Positions 14,612 to 22,440 of a stretch of 37,970 bases of DNA are shown here, piece after piece. Origin of the DNA: Nitrospirota bacterium (GTDB taxonomy: Bacteria > Patescibacteriota > Gracilibacteria > UBA1369 > LOWO2-01-FULL-3); the NCBI GenBank assembly GCA_030598325.1, contig JAUVQE010000002.1:1-37970 (forward strand), in the 5' to 3' direction. The notes below the pieces were generated by a model. The model was given only the letters and a program-made list of their open reading frames with translations, had not been told where the DNA came from and ran no database searches. Made by a program: the position numbers and the translations under genes. Each line of letters begins with the position of its first letter. Positions within the stretch are counted from its first letter, which is position 1.

Positions 14612-16153
14612 TTATTTGGCTATTTCTAGGCTTTTTGTCCTTCTAACCACTTTGATTTTTATTTGTCCCGGATAGATAACGTTGTCTTCAATTTTTTTCG
14701 CCATATCTTGTGCCATGGCTTTGACGTTTTTGTCTGTGATTTTTTCGGGATTAACATAAACTCTGACTTCTCTTCCCGCCGACATTGTGTAGGATTTTTT
14801 TACTCCTTCAAATGAATTTACGGACTCATCAATCGCGCGCATTCTTTCCATGTATCTTTCGATGGAATCCTGTCTTGCGCCGGGGCGCCCTCCCGAAACG
14901 GCGTCAGCCGCTTTTACAATAAGCGCTTCCGGAGTTTCCTGTGGTGCCGCATCATGGTGTGTCCATGCGGCATGTATTGCTTCTTCCGGGAATCCATATT
15001 TTTTCATTAATTCTTTTGTTAATTTGTCGTGCGCGTCTTTTACGTCCGGGTCCTGATCGATCGCTTTTCCCAGATCGTGTAGGAATCCCGCGATTCTGCA
15101 GGTTTTTACATCCAGTCCCATTTCGCTTCCTAGTATTGTGGCTATCCACCCCACCTCCATGGAGTGTTTCATGATGTTTTGCCCATAGCTTGTTCTGTAT
15201 TGCAGTCTTCCAATAGTTCTTATGAAATCTTTGTCTTTTGAGATCACCCCCATTTTTTTGAGGGCTTTTTCTCCTATTCCGTAGAGCTCTTCATCTGTTT
15301 CTTTTTCCGCGAGTTTAATTGTTTTTTTGATCATGTTTGGGTCTATGTCTCCTCTTGTTTTAATTAGTTTTTCTATGGTTTTTTCCGCTATTCTTCTTGT
15401 TACCAGGTTGAATGCTGAGAGGCTTATTGTGTTTGGGAGATCGTTGAATACCACTGCGACGTCCAGCTCTTCTTCCAGGGCGAGAATGTTTTTTCCCTCA
15501 TTCCCCACTATTTTTCCTTTGATGTTGTCTTTTGGGACTTTTATCAGGACTGATCTTGTTTCTACTGATGTTGGGGAACAGAGCCTTTGCATTGATGTTA
15601 TTAGAATTTTTTTTGCTTGTTTTGGAGCTCTTTCTTTTAAGGCTTCCACCATGTCAGCGAGTTTCTTTTTTTCGTCTTGTTCTAATTCTTTTTGGTATTT
15701 ATTTAGCACGTTTTCTTTGACCGATTCGGCGCTTTCGCCGGTTTTTGTTGTTAGTTTTTCTTTTGTTTCTTCTTTCGCTTTTAATGCCGCGGTTTTTTTG
15801 CTTTGGGTTTCTTCTTTATATGAGACTATTTTTGATTTTATTTCGTTTATTCTTGTTTCCTTTTTTTCGATGTTTTCTTCTTTGGTTTTAAGTGAGTTTT
15901 TTATTTTTTCTATTCTTTCTTCCCTTTTTATAATTTCTTCTTTTAGTCTGTGTTTTACGTTGTTTACTCTTGTTGATGTTTCTGACAGGATTTTTTTTGC
16001 CTGTTCCCTGCTTTCGTTCAAAATTTGTTCGCATTTTTCCTTCTTTTTTTCAATATTTATAAACTTTTTCTTTTTTAATAGAAAGTTTGTAACCAAAAAC
16101 CCTGATATAGTTATTAATATTCCGACGACTGTATATATAATTATTAGGCTCAT
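14612..16153 (-). CDS. rny: ribonuclease Y
   Basis: N-terminal TM helix, K/E-rich coiled coil, KH domain (IGNEGKNILALEEE), and HD domain (GFLHDLGKA...WTHHD). Confidence 0.93.
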   Translation of the reverse strand: MSLIIIYTVVGILITISGFLVTNFLLKKKKFINIEKKKEKCEQILNESREQAKKILSETSTRVNNVKHRLKEEIIKREERIEKIKNSLKTKEENIEKKETRINEIKSKIVSYKEETQSKKTAALKAKEETKEKLTTKTGESAESVKENVLNKYQKELEQDEKKKLADMVEALKERAPKQAKKILITSMQRLCSPTSVETRSVLIKVPKDNIKGKIVGNEGKNILALEEELDVAVVFNDLPNTISLSAFNLVTRRIAEKTIEKLIKTRGDIDPNMIKKTIKLAEKETDEELYGIGEKALKKMGVISKDKDFIRTIGRLQYRTSYGQNIMKHSMEVGWIATILGSEMGLDVKTCRIAGFLHDLGKAIDQDPDVKDAHDKLTKELMKKYGFPEEAIHAAWTHHDAAPQETPEALIVKAADAVSGGRPGARQDSIERYMERMRAIDESVNSFEGVKKSYTMSAGREVRVYVNPEKITDKNVKAMAQDMAKKIEDNVIYPGQIKIKVVRRTKSLEIAK

Positions 16154-16224
16154 TTTTTTTTAAACATTACGTTGTTCCTTTTAAGAGTATATTCTTTTAA
16201 ACATTTTTTAAACAGTTTTTGCCC

Positions 16225-16271
16225 GGTTAATTTAATTTGTTGTTTTTTGGTTAATTTAATTTGTTGTTTTT
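16225..16271. repeat. tandem direct repeat (2 copies, 24 and 23 nt) GGTTAATTTAATTTGTTGTTTTT(T)
   Basis: Copies at 16225-16248 and 16249-16271, followed by a degenerate third unit GGCTAATTAAAGGGGTTGTTAATTTAAC. The same intergenic region has three TTTTAAACA motifs (16157, 16195, 16206) and a (TA)7T run at 16346-16360. Confidence 0.8.
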
Positions 16272-16437
16272 GGCTAATTAAAGGGGTTGTTAATTTAACA
16301 TATTTTTATTAAAAGTAAACAACCTTCTACTACTATTTTTAGTATTATATATATATATATTATTTGTTTATAAGAAAATTGTGTTGTTTTGGAAGAAATA
16401 ATCTTTATAATGCTTATGGCTTTTAACGAAATAGATT

Positions 16438-17544
16438 ATGAAACTTTTTTGTGCTCAAAAGGATTTAGATTATGCTTTAAACGTTGTAAACAAAGCAATA
16501 GGTTCGAATAATACCTTGCCGGTTTTAAACAATATTTTAATAAAAGCGGAGGGAAAAAAATTATTTTTTTCTTCTACAAATTTAGAAATTGCTATTAGCT
16601 GTTCAATTTCCGCCGACGTTCGTTCTGAGGGAGCGATTACTGTTCCCGCAAAACTTATTACAAATTATGTATCTCTTTTAACAGACGAAAAGGTTGAAGT
16701 GAGTGTGGTTGAGGGCGTTAGCTTGGCAGTGAACTCTTCTTCTTCACATACAAAAATTAAATGTATTAGTTCGGATGAGTTTCCTTTGATCCCGAAAGTG
16801 GAAAAAGGGCAAGAGTTCTCTATAGGCGTTGATGATTTTTATAAAGCAATTACAGAAACAGTTTTTGCCGCGTCTTTTAACACAACAAGACCTGTACTTT
16901 CCGGGGTTTTTGTAAAAACAGAAGGCGAAGAACTTAAAATCGTCGCGACAGACAGCTATAGGCTTGCTGAAAAAACACTAAAACCTTTAAAAACACCAAA
17001 GGAGAGTTTTGCTGTAATAGTTCCTGCTAAGACAATGATGGAGTTGGGAAAGATTCTTAGTAAGTCGGACGGGAAAGAGGTGAAAGCAAACGTTTCAAAA
17101 AACCAGATTTCGTTTAGCGTGGACGGAGTGGAGCTCATTTCTCGCTTGATAGAGGGAAAATATCCCGATTATGAAAAGATAATTCCAAAAGATTCTAAAA
17201 CGAAATTTGAAGTTTCTGTTGAGGATTTTTCGTTGGTTTTGAAGAGGGTCAGCCTTTTTGCAAGAGAGAACAATAATAGTGTAAAACTGAGTGTTACGAA
17301 CGACGGACGCCTGACGGTTTCATCAGAAGAAACAAAAGTCGGAGAGGAGAAAGCGGAGATCTCTGTAAAAGTAAGCGGAGAGAACAATAAGATTTCTTTG
17401 AATTCGCAATATCTTCTGGACGTTTTGACATATATTAGTGACGACAAAGTCTTGTTTTCTATGAACGACAAGGCGTCGCCTGCGCGGATTAGTCCTGTTG
17501 AAGGAGGGGGGTATGTTTATATTATTATGCCATTAAAGGTGTAA
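16438..17544 (+). CDS. dnaN: DNA polymerase III subunit beta (sliding clamp)
   Basis: MKLFCAQKDLDYALNVVNKAIGSNNTLPVLNNILIKAEG...ATDSYRLAE...IEGKYPDYEKIIP...YIIMPLKV. Confidence 0.93.
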   Translation: MKLFCAQKDLDYALNVVNKAIGSNNTLPVLNNILIKAEGKKLFFSSTNLEIAISCSISADVRSEGAITVPAKLITNYVSLLTDEKVEVSVVEGVSLAVNSSSSHTKIKCISSDEFPLIPKVEKGQEFSIGVDDFYKAITETVFAASFNTTRPVLSGVFVKTEGEELKIVATDSYRLAEKTLKPLKTPKESFAVIVPAKTMMELGKILSKSDGKEVKANVSKNQISFSVDGVELISRLIEGKYPDYEKIIPKDSKTKFEVSVEDFSLVLKRVSLFARENNNSVKLSVTNDGRLTVSSEETKVGEEKAEISVKVSGENNKISLNSQYLLDVLTYISDDKVLFSMNDKASPARISPVEGGGYVYIIMPLKV

Positions 17545-17558
17545 TATAAGTTGAAATT

Positions 17559-20500
17559 ATGGAAAATATTATATCCTTTTTCCCAAAGGAAGAGCTTAAG
17601 GAAGCTGAGAAGCTTTTTTATAAATCAAAAAATATTAGTTTTTCCGGGGCCGGGAACAGCTCGTCGAAAGCGATGCTGGTTTCGTCGATTTTTCGCGATG
17701 AGTGGGAAAATGCGGGAAACATTTTGTGGATAGTCGGTGACAGAGAGGAGCAAAACGAAGTTGTTAAAGCTGTATCTATGTGGGGGGACAGGCCTGTTTT
17801 TTTGTACAACAAGCGTCTTGACGAGGAAAGGTTGTCATTTTCGTCAACCGTGGATTTTGAGACGGCTTTAAAGGTGGACGCCGTAGAGTTTGTTTCGAGG
17901 ATTTGTGTGAATAAAAAAGCGATTTTCGTGGTTGATTTTGAATCTTTGTTACAAGATTTTCCTGACGTTTCTTTGATAATGAAAAGTAAATTTTCGATCA
18001 AGGAAGGCGGAGAGTGGGATAGCGTAAGCTTTATTGAAGAGCTTGTTTCTATAGGGTATGAGGCCACAGATCATGAGATTTTACAAAAGGGGCAGTATTA
18101 TCGGGTGGGAGATAGTTTGTATATTTTTCCCGTTAATGAAGAAGCACCAATCAGAATTAGTATTGGCTTTAGGAAGGTTGAGGAAATTATGCTTGTTGAT
18201 ATTGATGACTATAAAAAAGAGAAGGGGAGAAAGAAGATAGTTGATGTTTTTCCGGTTGAGTTTGACGAAGCCACGCAGGACATAGTTGATATTTTAGGGG
18301 AAAAAGGGGTTGTGGTTGAGGACGAGATAGATGTTGTTGATGAGTATTATGATGTTTGGAATTCGTTTATGGAATACGCGTCCAATACATTACGCACCAT
18401 TTCGTTTACATCGTTTAACGATGATGTGAAAAACCACAAACACTTACATTTTTTATCAGTGCTAAAGTATCGGAGCGGTTATGATATTGCGAACGATTTA
18501 AGAGACAAGATAAGCGCTGGTTGGAAAATTTTGTTTTTTACGAAAAATATGGATGAAGCCAGAGGGCTTTTGCGGGATCAAAAGGTTCCCTTTGTTGAGG
18601 GGATTTCCCGCGACAAACTCTTCGCGTCCTCGGTTTTTGTTATTGAGGTAAACAAAGAGGATGTTTTTCCGCAGTCTTTTCAGGCTCCAAAAAACAAACT
18701 GCTTTTGATTTCCGATATTGACATTTCTTTGGTTAGGGATGAAGGAAAAAAAGTTAGCAGCAGGACGGTTTTTGATGATTTTTTGACCAGCCTAAAGCCC
18801 GGGGATTTTGTGGTTCATGCGGATCATGGTATCGCCAGGTTTTTGGGGCTTGATAAAAAGACGGTCGACGAAATTACGAAAGAGTATTTAAAGCTTGGAT
18901 ATGCGGAAAACGACAAGTTGTTTGTTCCAATTGACCAGGCGGATAAGGTAAATAAATATATAGGCTCGGAAGAACTGATGCCAAAACTAACCAGACTTGG
19001 AAGCGCGGAGTGGAATACCGTTACGAGTAAAGTTAAAAAGGAAACGCAGAAAATAGCTAAAGAGCTTTTGAAGCTTTACGCGGAAAGGAAGTCCGCGAAA
19101 GGATATAAGTTTAAGGTGGACAATAAAAGTCAGGAACAATTTGAGGAAACTTTTCCTTATGATGAGACTCCGGGACAAATAAAGTCTATTGAGGATGTGA
19201 AGATGGACATGGAAGGGGGGACTCCGATGGACAGGCTGGTGTGCGGGGATGTTGGGTTTGGAAAAACCGAGGTTGCTTTGCGGGCGGCTTTTAAGGCTGT
19301 GCAAAGCGGAAAACAAGTGGCGGTAATTTCACCGATTACAATTTTGGCGGATCAACATTATAAGTCTTTTACAAAAAGGATGGATAAGTTCGGTGTTAGG
19401 GTGGAAATGTTAAGCAGGTTTAGAACACCAAAACAGCAAAAGGAAATTGTGGAGAAACTGAAAAAAGGTGAAGTTGATGTAGTTATCGGGACGCATCGTC
19501 TGCTTCAGCCGGATATTAAGTTTAAAGACCTTGGTTTGGTTGTTGTTGACGAAGAGCAGAGATTTGGGGTAAGGCAGAAGGAAAAATTAAAGGACTTACG
19601 AAAAGAAGTTGATATTTTGACCTTAACCGCGACACCTATTCCCCGGACTTTAAACATTTGTCTTAACAAACTTCGTGATATTACAACCATTACCACCCCG
19701 CCGTTTGGGAGGCTACCGATTATTACAGAGGTAAGGAAGTATTCCCCCAGCCTGATACGCGAGGCAATTTTAAGTGAGACAAAGAGGGGTGGACAGGTGT
19801 ATTTTTTACACAATAGGGTTCAGACGATTGATAGTTTCGCGGATAAACTGCGTGCTCTTGTTCCGGAGGCAAAGTTTATTGTTGCGCACGGGAAGCTTGG
19901 GAGTGGGGATTTGGAGGAGAGAGTAATGGCGTTTAAAGATGGAAAGTTTGATGTTTTGGTTAGTTCCACGATTATTGAGAATGGGATTGATTTGGCGAAT
20001 GCCAACACTTTGATTGTGAATAACGCCGAAAAATTCGGGTTGTCGCAGTTGTATCAGCTGAGGGGGCGTGTCGGACGCGGGAAGGTGCAGGCTTATGCGT
20101 ACTTTTTATATCATGGGCAGAGGTTGAAGCTGGACGCGAAAAAGAGGCTGAGAGCTATTGTGGAGGCGAGTGAGCTTGGGAGTGGATTTCAGATTGCGAT
20201 GAAGGACATGGAGATTCGAGGGACCGGAGATATACTGGGGGCCAACCAACATGGAGTTATTAACGTGGTGGGGGTTTCGCATTTTATGAGAATGCTTAAC
20301 AAGGCGGTTGAAGATTTGAAGGCCGGGCGGATATTTGAAGGGGAGGAAGAGATTTCCGACGTTTCTATTGAATTGCCTATTCCTTCATATATCCCTGATA
20401 GTTATATCGTTGATTCCAAACAAAAAATTGGTGCTTATCAGAAACTGTCTTCGGCGGACACTCTGGAATATTTGAAAGAGGTGGAGAATGATTTTGTTGC

Positions 20501-20816
20501 AGATTATGGGAAAATGCCCCGGGAGGTTTCTAATTTGTTTAAAATTATCGAATTGAAAGTTTTGGCGAAGAAGGCGGGATTGATTAACGTAAAAGCCGAG
20601 ACTGTTCCGATGAGCAAGGATAAGGAAATAGTTCTTTCTATGTCGAAAAGGGTAAAACCGGCGAATATTATCAGTCTTCTTGAACATAACGCGAAGTGGG
20701 TGATTAGTGGTACTAAATTGCGGATAAATATTAACGATCTTGGAGAGAAATGGTTTGAGGGGTTGAGGGTGAGCCTGGATGTTTTGGCGAAGAAGGCAAA
20801 ACATGGGAAAAGGTAG
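17559..20816 (+). CDS. mfd: transcription-repair coupling factor
   Basis: RNAP-interacting domain FVVHADHGIARFLGL. Superfamily-2 helicase motifs CGDVGFGKTEVALRAAF, DEEQRFGV, TATPIPRT, QLRGRVGR. TRG motif region also present. Confidence 0.95.
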   Translation: MENIISFFPKEELKEAEKLFYKSKNISFSGAGNSSSKAMLVSSIFRDEWENAGNILWIVGDREEQNEVVKAVSMWGDRPVFLYNKRLDEERLSFSSTVDFETALKVDAVEFVSRICVNKKAIFVVDFESLLQDFPDVSLIMKSKFSIKEGGEWDSVSFIEELVSIGYEATDHEILQKGQYYRVGDSLYIFPVNEEAPIRISIGFRKVEEIMLVDIDDYKKEKGRKKIVDVFPVEFDEATQDIVDILGEKGVVVEDEIDVVDEYYDVWNSFMEYASNTLRTISFTSFNDDVKNHKHLHFLSVLKYRSGYDIANDLRDKISAGWKILFFTKNMDEARGLLRDQKVPFVEGISRDKLFASSVFVIEVNKEDVFPQSFQAPKNKLLLISDIDISLVRDEGKKVSSRTVFDDFLTSLKPGDFVVHADHGIARFLGLDKKTVDEITKEYLKLGYAENDKLFVPIDQADKVNKYIGSEELMPKLTRLGSAEWNTVTSKVKKETQKIAKELLKLYAERKSAKGYKFKVDNKSQEQFEETFPYDETPGQIKSIEDVKMDMEGGTPMDRLVCGDVGFGKTEVALRAAFKAVQSGKQVAVISPITILADQHYKSFTKRMDKFGVRVEMLSRFRTPKQQKEIVEKLKKGEVDVVIGTHRLLQPDIKFKDLGLVVVDEEQRFGVRQKEKLKDLRKEVDILTLTATPIPRTLNICLNKLRDITTITTPPFGRLPIITEVRKYSPSLIREAILSETKRGGQVYFLHNRVQTIDSFADKLRALVPEAKFIVAHGKLGSGDLEERVMAFKDGKFDVLVSSTIIENGIDLANANTLIVNNAEKFGLSQLYQLRGRVGRGKVQAYAYFLYHGQRLKLDAKKRLRAIVEASELGSGFQIAMKDMEIRGTGDILGANQHGVINVVGVSHFMRMLNKAVEDLKAGRIFEGEEEISDVSIELPIPSYIPDSYIVDSKQKIGAYQKLSSADTLEYLKEVENDFVADYGKMPREVSNLFKIIELKVLAKKAGLINVKAETVPMSKDKEIVLSMSKRVKPANIISLLEHNAKWVISGTKLRININDLGEKWFEGLRVSLDVLAKKAKHGKR

Positions 20817-20887
20817 TAGTTGGGTTTTCGTTCTACGTTGGGAGAGTCCTTTGTTTTTTAAAAAAAGAAGTTTTTACGAGAAGGCAT

Positions 20888-20916
20888 TTGCCAATGGGAA
20901 ACAGAATTGATAAAAT
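20888..20916 (+). promoter_or_regulatory. candidate promoter (TTGCCA-N17-TGa-TAAAAT)
   Basis: -35 TTGCCA at 20888-20893, a 17-nt spacer ending in TGA, and -10 TAAAAT at 20911-20916. It lies 32 nt upstream of ATG 20949. Confidence 0.5.
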
Positions 20917-20948
20917 CGATATGATATATACAAGTTTAAATATTTTTT

Positions 20949-21317
20949 ATGAGAGGATTAAATATTGCGATTGATGACGATGCAGATTCAGAGACGATCT
21001 GTTCACAAATGGACTCGATACCATTGGGAATCGAGGTAAAAGATCTTAGGAGGGAAGAGTTTGTGGGTTTGTTGGCGGATCGTTTGACCAGTAATTCTCA
21101 AACATTTATTAAGAAAACGATGGAGATGTATGATGTTCCTGAGAATGTAATTCTTGACCCGGTAATTCAAGAGATAGTTCAAACACGCATAAGTGCTCGT
21201 CGTGCTTATATTATGGACAATCACGGTTCTAGATCGGAGGTGGATGGTGAATTGGTCGAAGAAGCTCGGGAGTTTATTAGGTACCTGGAGGAGACTTTTA
21301 AGATTAATTCCAATTAA
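20949..21317 (+). CDS. hypothetical small protein, paralog 1 (122 aa)
   Basis: It has its own promoter. It shares the block REEFVGLL...KKTMEMYDVPENV with the next ORF (REAFVELL...KKTMQDYDVPEDV). I recognise no known domain. Confidence 0.6.
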   Translation: MRGLNIAIDDDADSETICSQMDSIPLGIEVKDLRREEFVGLLADRLTSNSQTFIKKTMEMYDVPENVILDPVIQEIVQTRISARRAYIMDNHGSRSEVDGELVEEAREFIRYLEETFKINSN

Positions 21318-21318
21318 C

Positions 21319-21351
21319 AGCGAAGTAGTGTTGGAATTTGCTTTTTATTTT
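21319..21351 (+). terminator. weak candidate intrinsic terminator
   Basis: AGCGAA (21319-21324) pairs with TTTGCT (21337-21342), including one G-U pair, around a 12-nt loop. TTTTATTTT follows. Confidence 0.25.
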
Positions 21352-21397
21352 AAATATCGAATTGTTTCAGAATATCTGTGTTAGTTTTAACGCGCTA

Positions 21398-21412
21398 ATT
21401 ATACCACAAAAC
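21398..21412 (-). promoter_or_regulatory. extended -10 promoter-like 15-mer (GTTTTGTGGTATAAT) pointing leftward
   Basis: The minus strand reads GTTTTGTGGTATAAT, i.e. TGn plus a perfect TATAAT. It is identical to the 15-mer at 28899-28913, which sits 36 nt upstream of the K+ channel gene. Here no minus-strand gene follows, so it may drive an antisense or small RNA. Confidence 0.35.
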
Positions 21413-21484
21413 TGTCAAGGCGGCAGCATTCTTGACAGAGTGTTTAAGTGGTGGCATGCTTGTTTTCCTAATTTAACTCAAAGA

Positions 21485-21793
21485 ATGATAAGTGAAAAAG
21501 GGGGTGAAAAAATTTTACTGAAAAAAGACAGAAGCAGGCATGGTTCTCCCGAGTGTATGGAGAGAGAGGCTTTTGTTGAGCTGTTGTTGGTTCAGTTTCA
21601 GCGCGAGACTCTTTATTGTGTGAAAAAAACAATGCAGGACTACGACGTTCCGGAAGATGTCGTAGCGGAGCAAAGGATACAGTTCGCAGTTGTGACGAGG
21701 TTGGAGTCTTTGGGGGATTCTGCGGAATTGATGGATGCAGTTGACAGAGAATATTTGAGGAAGCTCGTGATGGGTCTTGACAGTTGCGGCTAA
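21485..21793 (+). CDS. hypothetical small protein, paralog 2 (102 aa from ATG 21485)
   Basis: Paralogous to 20949-21317. The ORF-track TTG start at 21338 lies upstream of a TTGACA (21432-21437), so ATG 21485 is preferred. The start remains uncertain. Confidence 0.55.
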   Translation: MISEKGGEKILLKKDRSRHGSPECMEREAFVELLLVQFQRETLYCVKKTMQDYDVPEDVVAEQRIQFAVVTRLESLGDSAELMDAVDREYLRKLVMGLDSCG

Positions 21794-21806
21794 TTGTTTT
21801 TATAAT
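21777..21806 (+). promoter_or_regulatory. candidate ssrA promoter (TTGACA-N18-TATAAT)
   Basis: -35 TTGACA at 21777-21782 and -10 TATAAT at 21801-21806. The mature tmRNA 5' end is 30 nt downstream, consistent with a processed precursor. Confidence 0.5.
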
Positions 21807-21835
21807 AGTGTACTTTTGAAAGTTCTTTGAAATGT

Positions 21836-22253
21836 GGGGATGTATTGGTATTCGACAGGATGATTTAGGTTTAATTGATTGCAGTCAGGGGATTACACTG
21901 TCTCCCCTTAGATCCGTCAGTGTACGATAAGTGCTAAAACACCTATCTCTGAGTTAGCTGCAAAACTTCGAGCTAGAGAATTTTCTCCAGCTTTTGTTCC
22001 TGTACTAGCTTAATTGTCTGACAAATTCAGACACGTCTGTGTTTCCGATATCTGCTGAGTTTCACAGGCGTAAATTAGCAGGTTAAGGTTTGGAAAGTTG
22101 CTCCGATTCCAGGCTCAAAAATTTAGGAGATAAGCGAATCCAGTTTTTTGTTTTTCCTCTATTGAATTCGATGAAAAATCAGGAGAAACTATGATTGTAG
22201 ATGTCGTTAGATCTCATCTCTGGACCCGGGTTCGACTCCCGGCATCTCCACCA
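21836..22253 (+). ncRNA. ssrA: tmRNA (transfer-messenger RNA)
   Basis: The 5' GGGGATG pairs with the 3' CATCTCC-A-CCA, giving an acceptor stem with a G3:U pair. The 5' GTATTCGACAGGA and the T-arm GGACCCGGGTTCGACTCCCGG are present. The internal tag frame ends ...AREFSPAFVPVLA-TAA (stop at 22011-22013). Confidence 0.9.
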
Positions 22254-22256
22254 ATC

Positions 22257-22273
22257 GCCCGCCGGAGGCGGGC
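22257..22273 (+). terminator. GC-rich hairpin immediately 3' of ssrA
   Basis: GCCCGCC-GGA-GGCGGGC is a perfect 7-bp stem, followed by TCTTTG (a poor U-tract). Its first 13 nt are identical to 1104-1116 in carB. Confidence 0.45.
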
Positions 22274-22276
22274 TCT

Positions 22277-22301
22277 TTGAAAACTTTAAGAAAGTTTTCA
22301 A
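22277..22301. repeat. perfect AT-rich hairpin TTGAAAACTTT-AAG-AAAGTTTTCAA
   Basis: An 11-bp perfect inverted repeat with a 3-nt loop. Confidence 0.8.
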
Positions 22302-22320
22302 TGCTTTCAAAATATAGGTT

Positions 22321-22424
22321 GTTCGCAAAAATTATGTTCGTCTAGCTTCGCATTTTTTTATCTGCGGGAACCCACGAGACTCGCAGATAAAATGCTACGC
22401 GTGCTCACATAGATTTTTGCTCAC
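22321..22424. repeat. long imperfect palindrome (about 45-nt arms)
   Basis: The outer arms are GTTCGCAAAAATTATGTTCG (22321-22340) and GCTCACATAGATTTTTGCTCAC (22403-22424). The inner arms are GCATTTTTTTATCTGCG (22350-22366) and CGCAGATAAAATGC (22382-22395). The loop is 15 nt. Confidence 0.7.
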
Positions 22425-22440
22425 GGTTAATAAACTTGTT

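Noticed and set aside
15327-16163. 278-aa plus-strand ORF (and 15532-15720) overlapping rny
   Set aside because: It is a Phe/Ser/Leu-rich low-complexity mirror of the Lys/Glu-rich RNase Y coiled coil on the opposite strand, so I treat it as a shadow ORF. rny has clear KH and HD motifs.
16225-16300. Direct repeats that might have been a CRISPR array
   Set aside because: There are only 2 to 3 directly abutting units of 23-24 nt with no spacers, and no cas genes are in the window.
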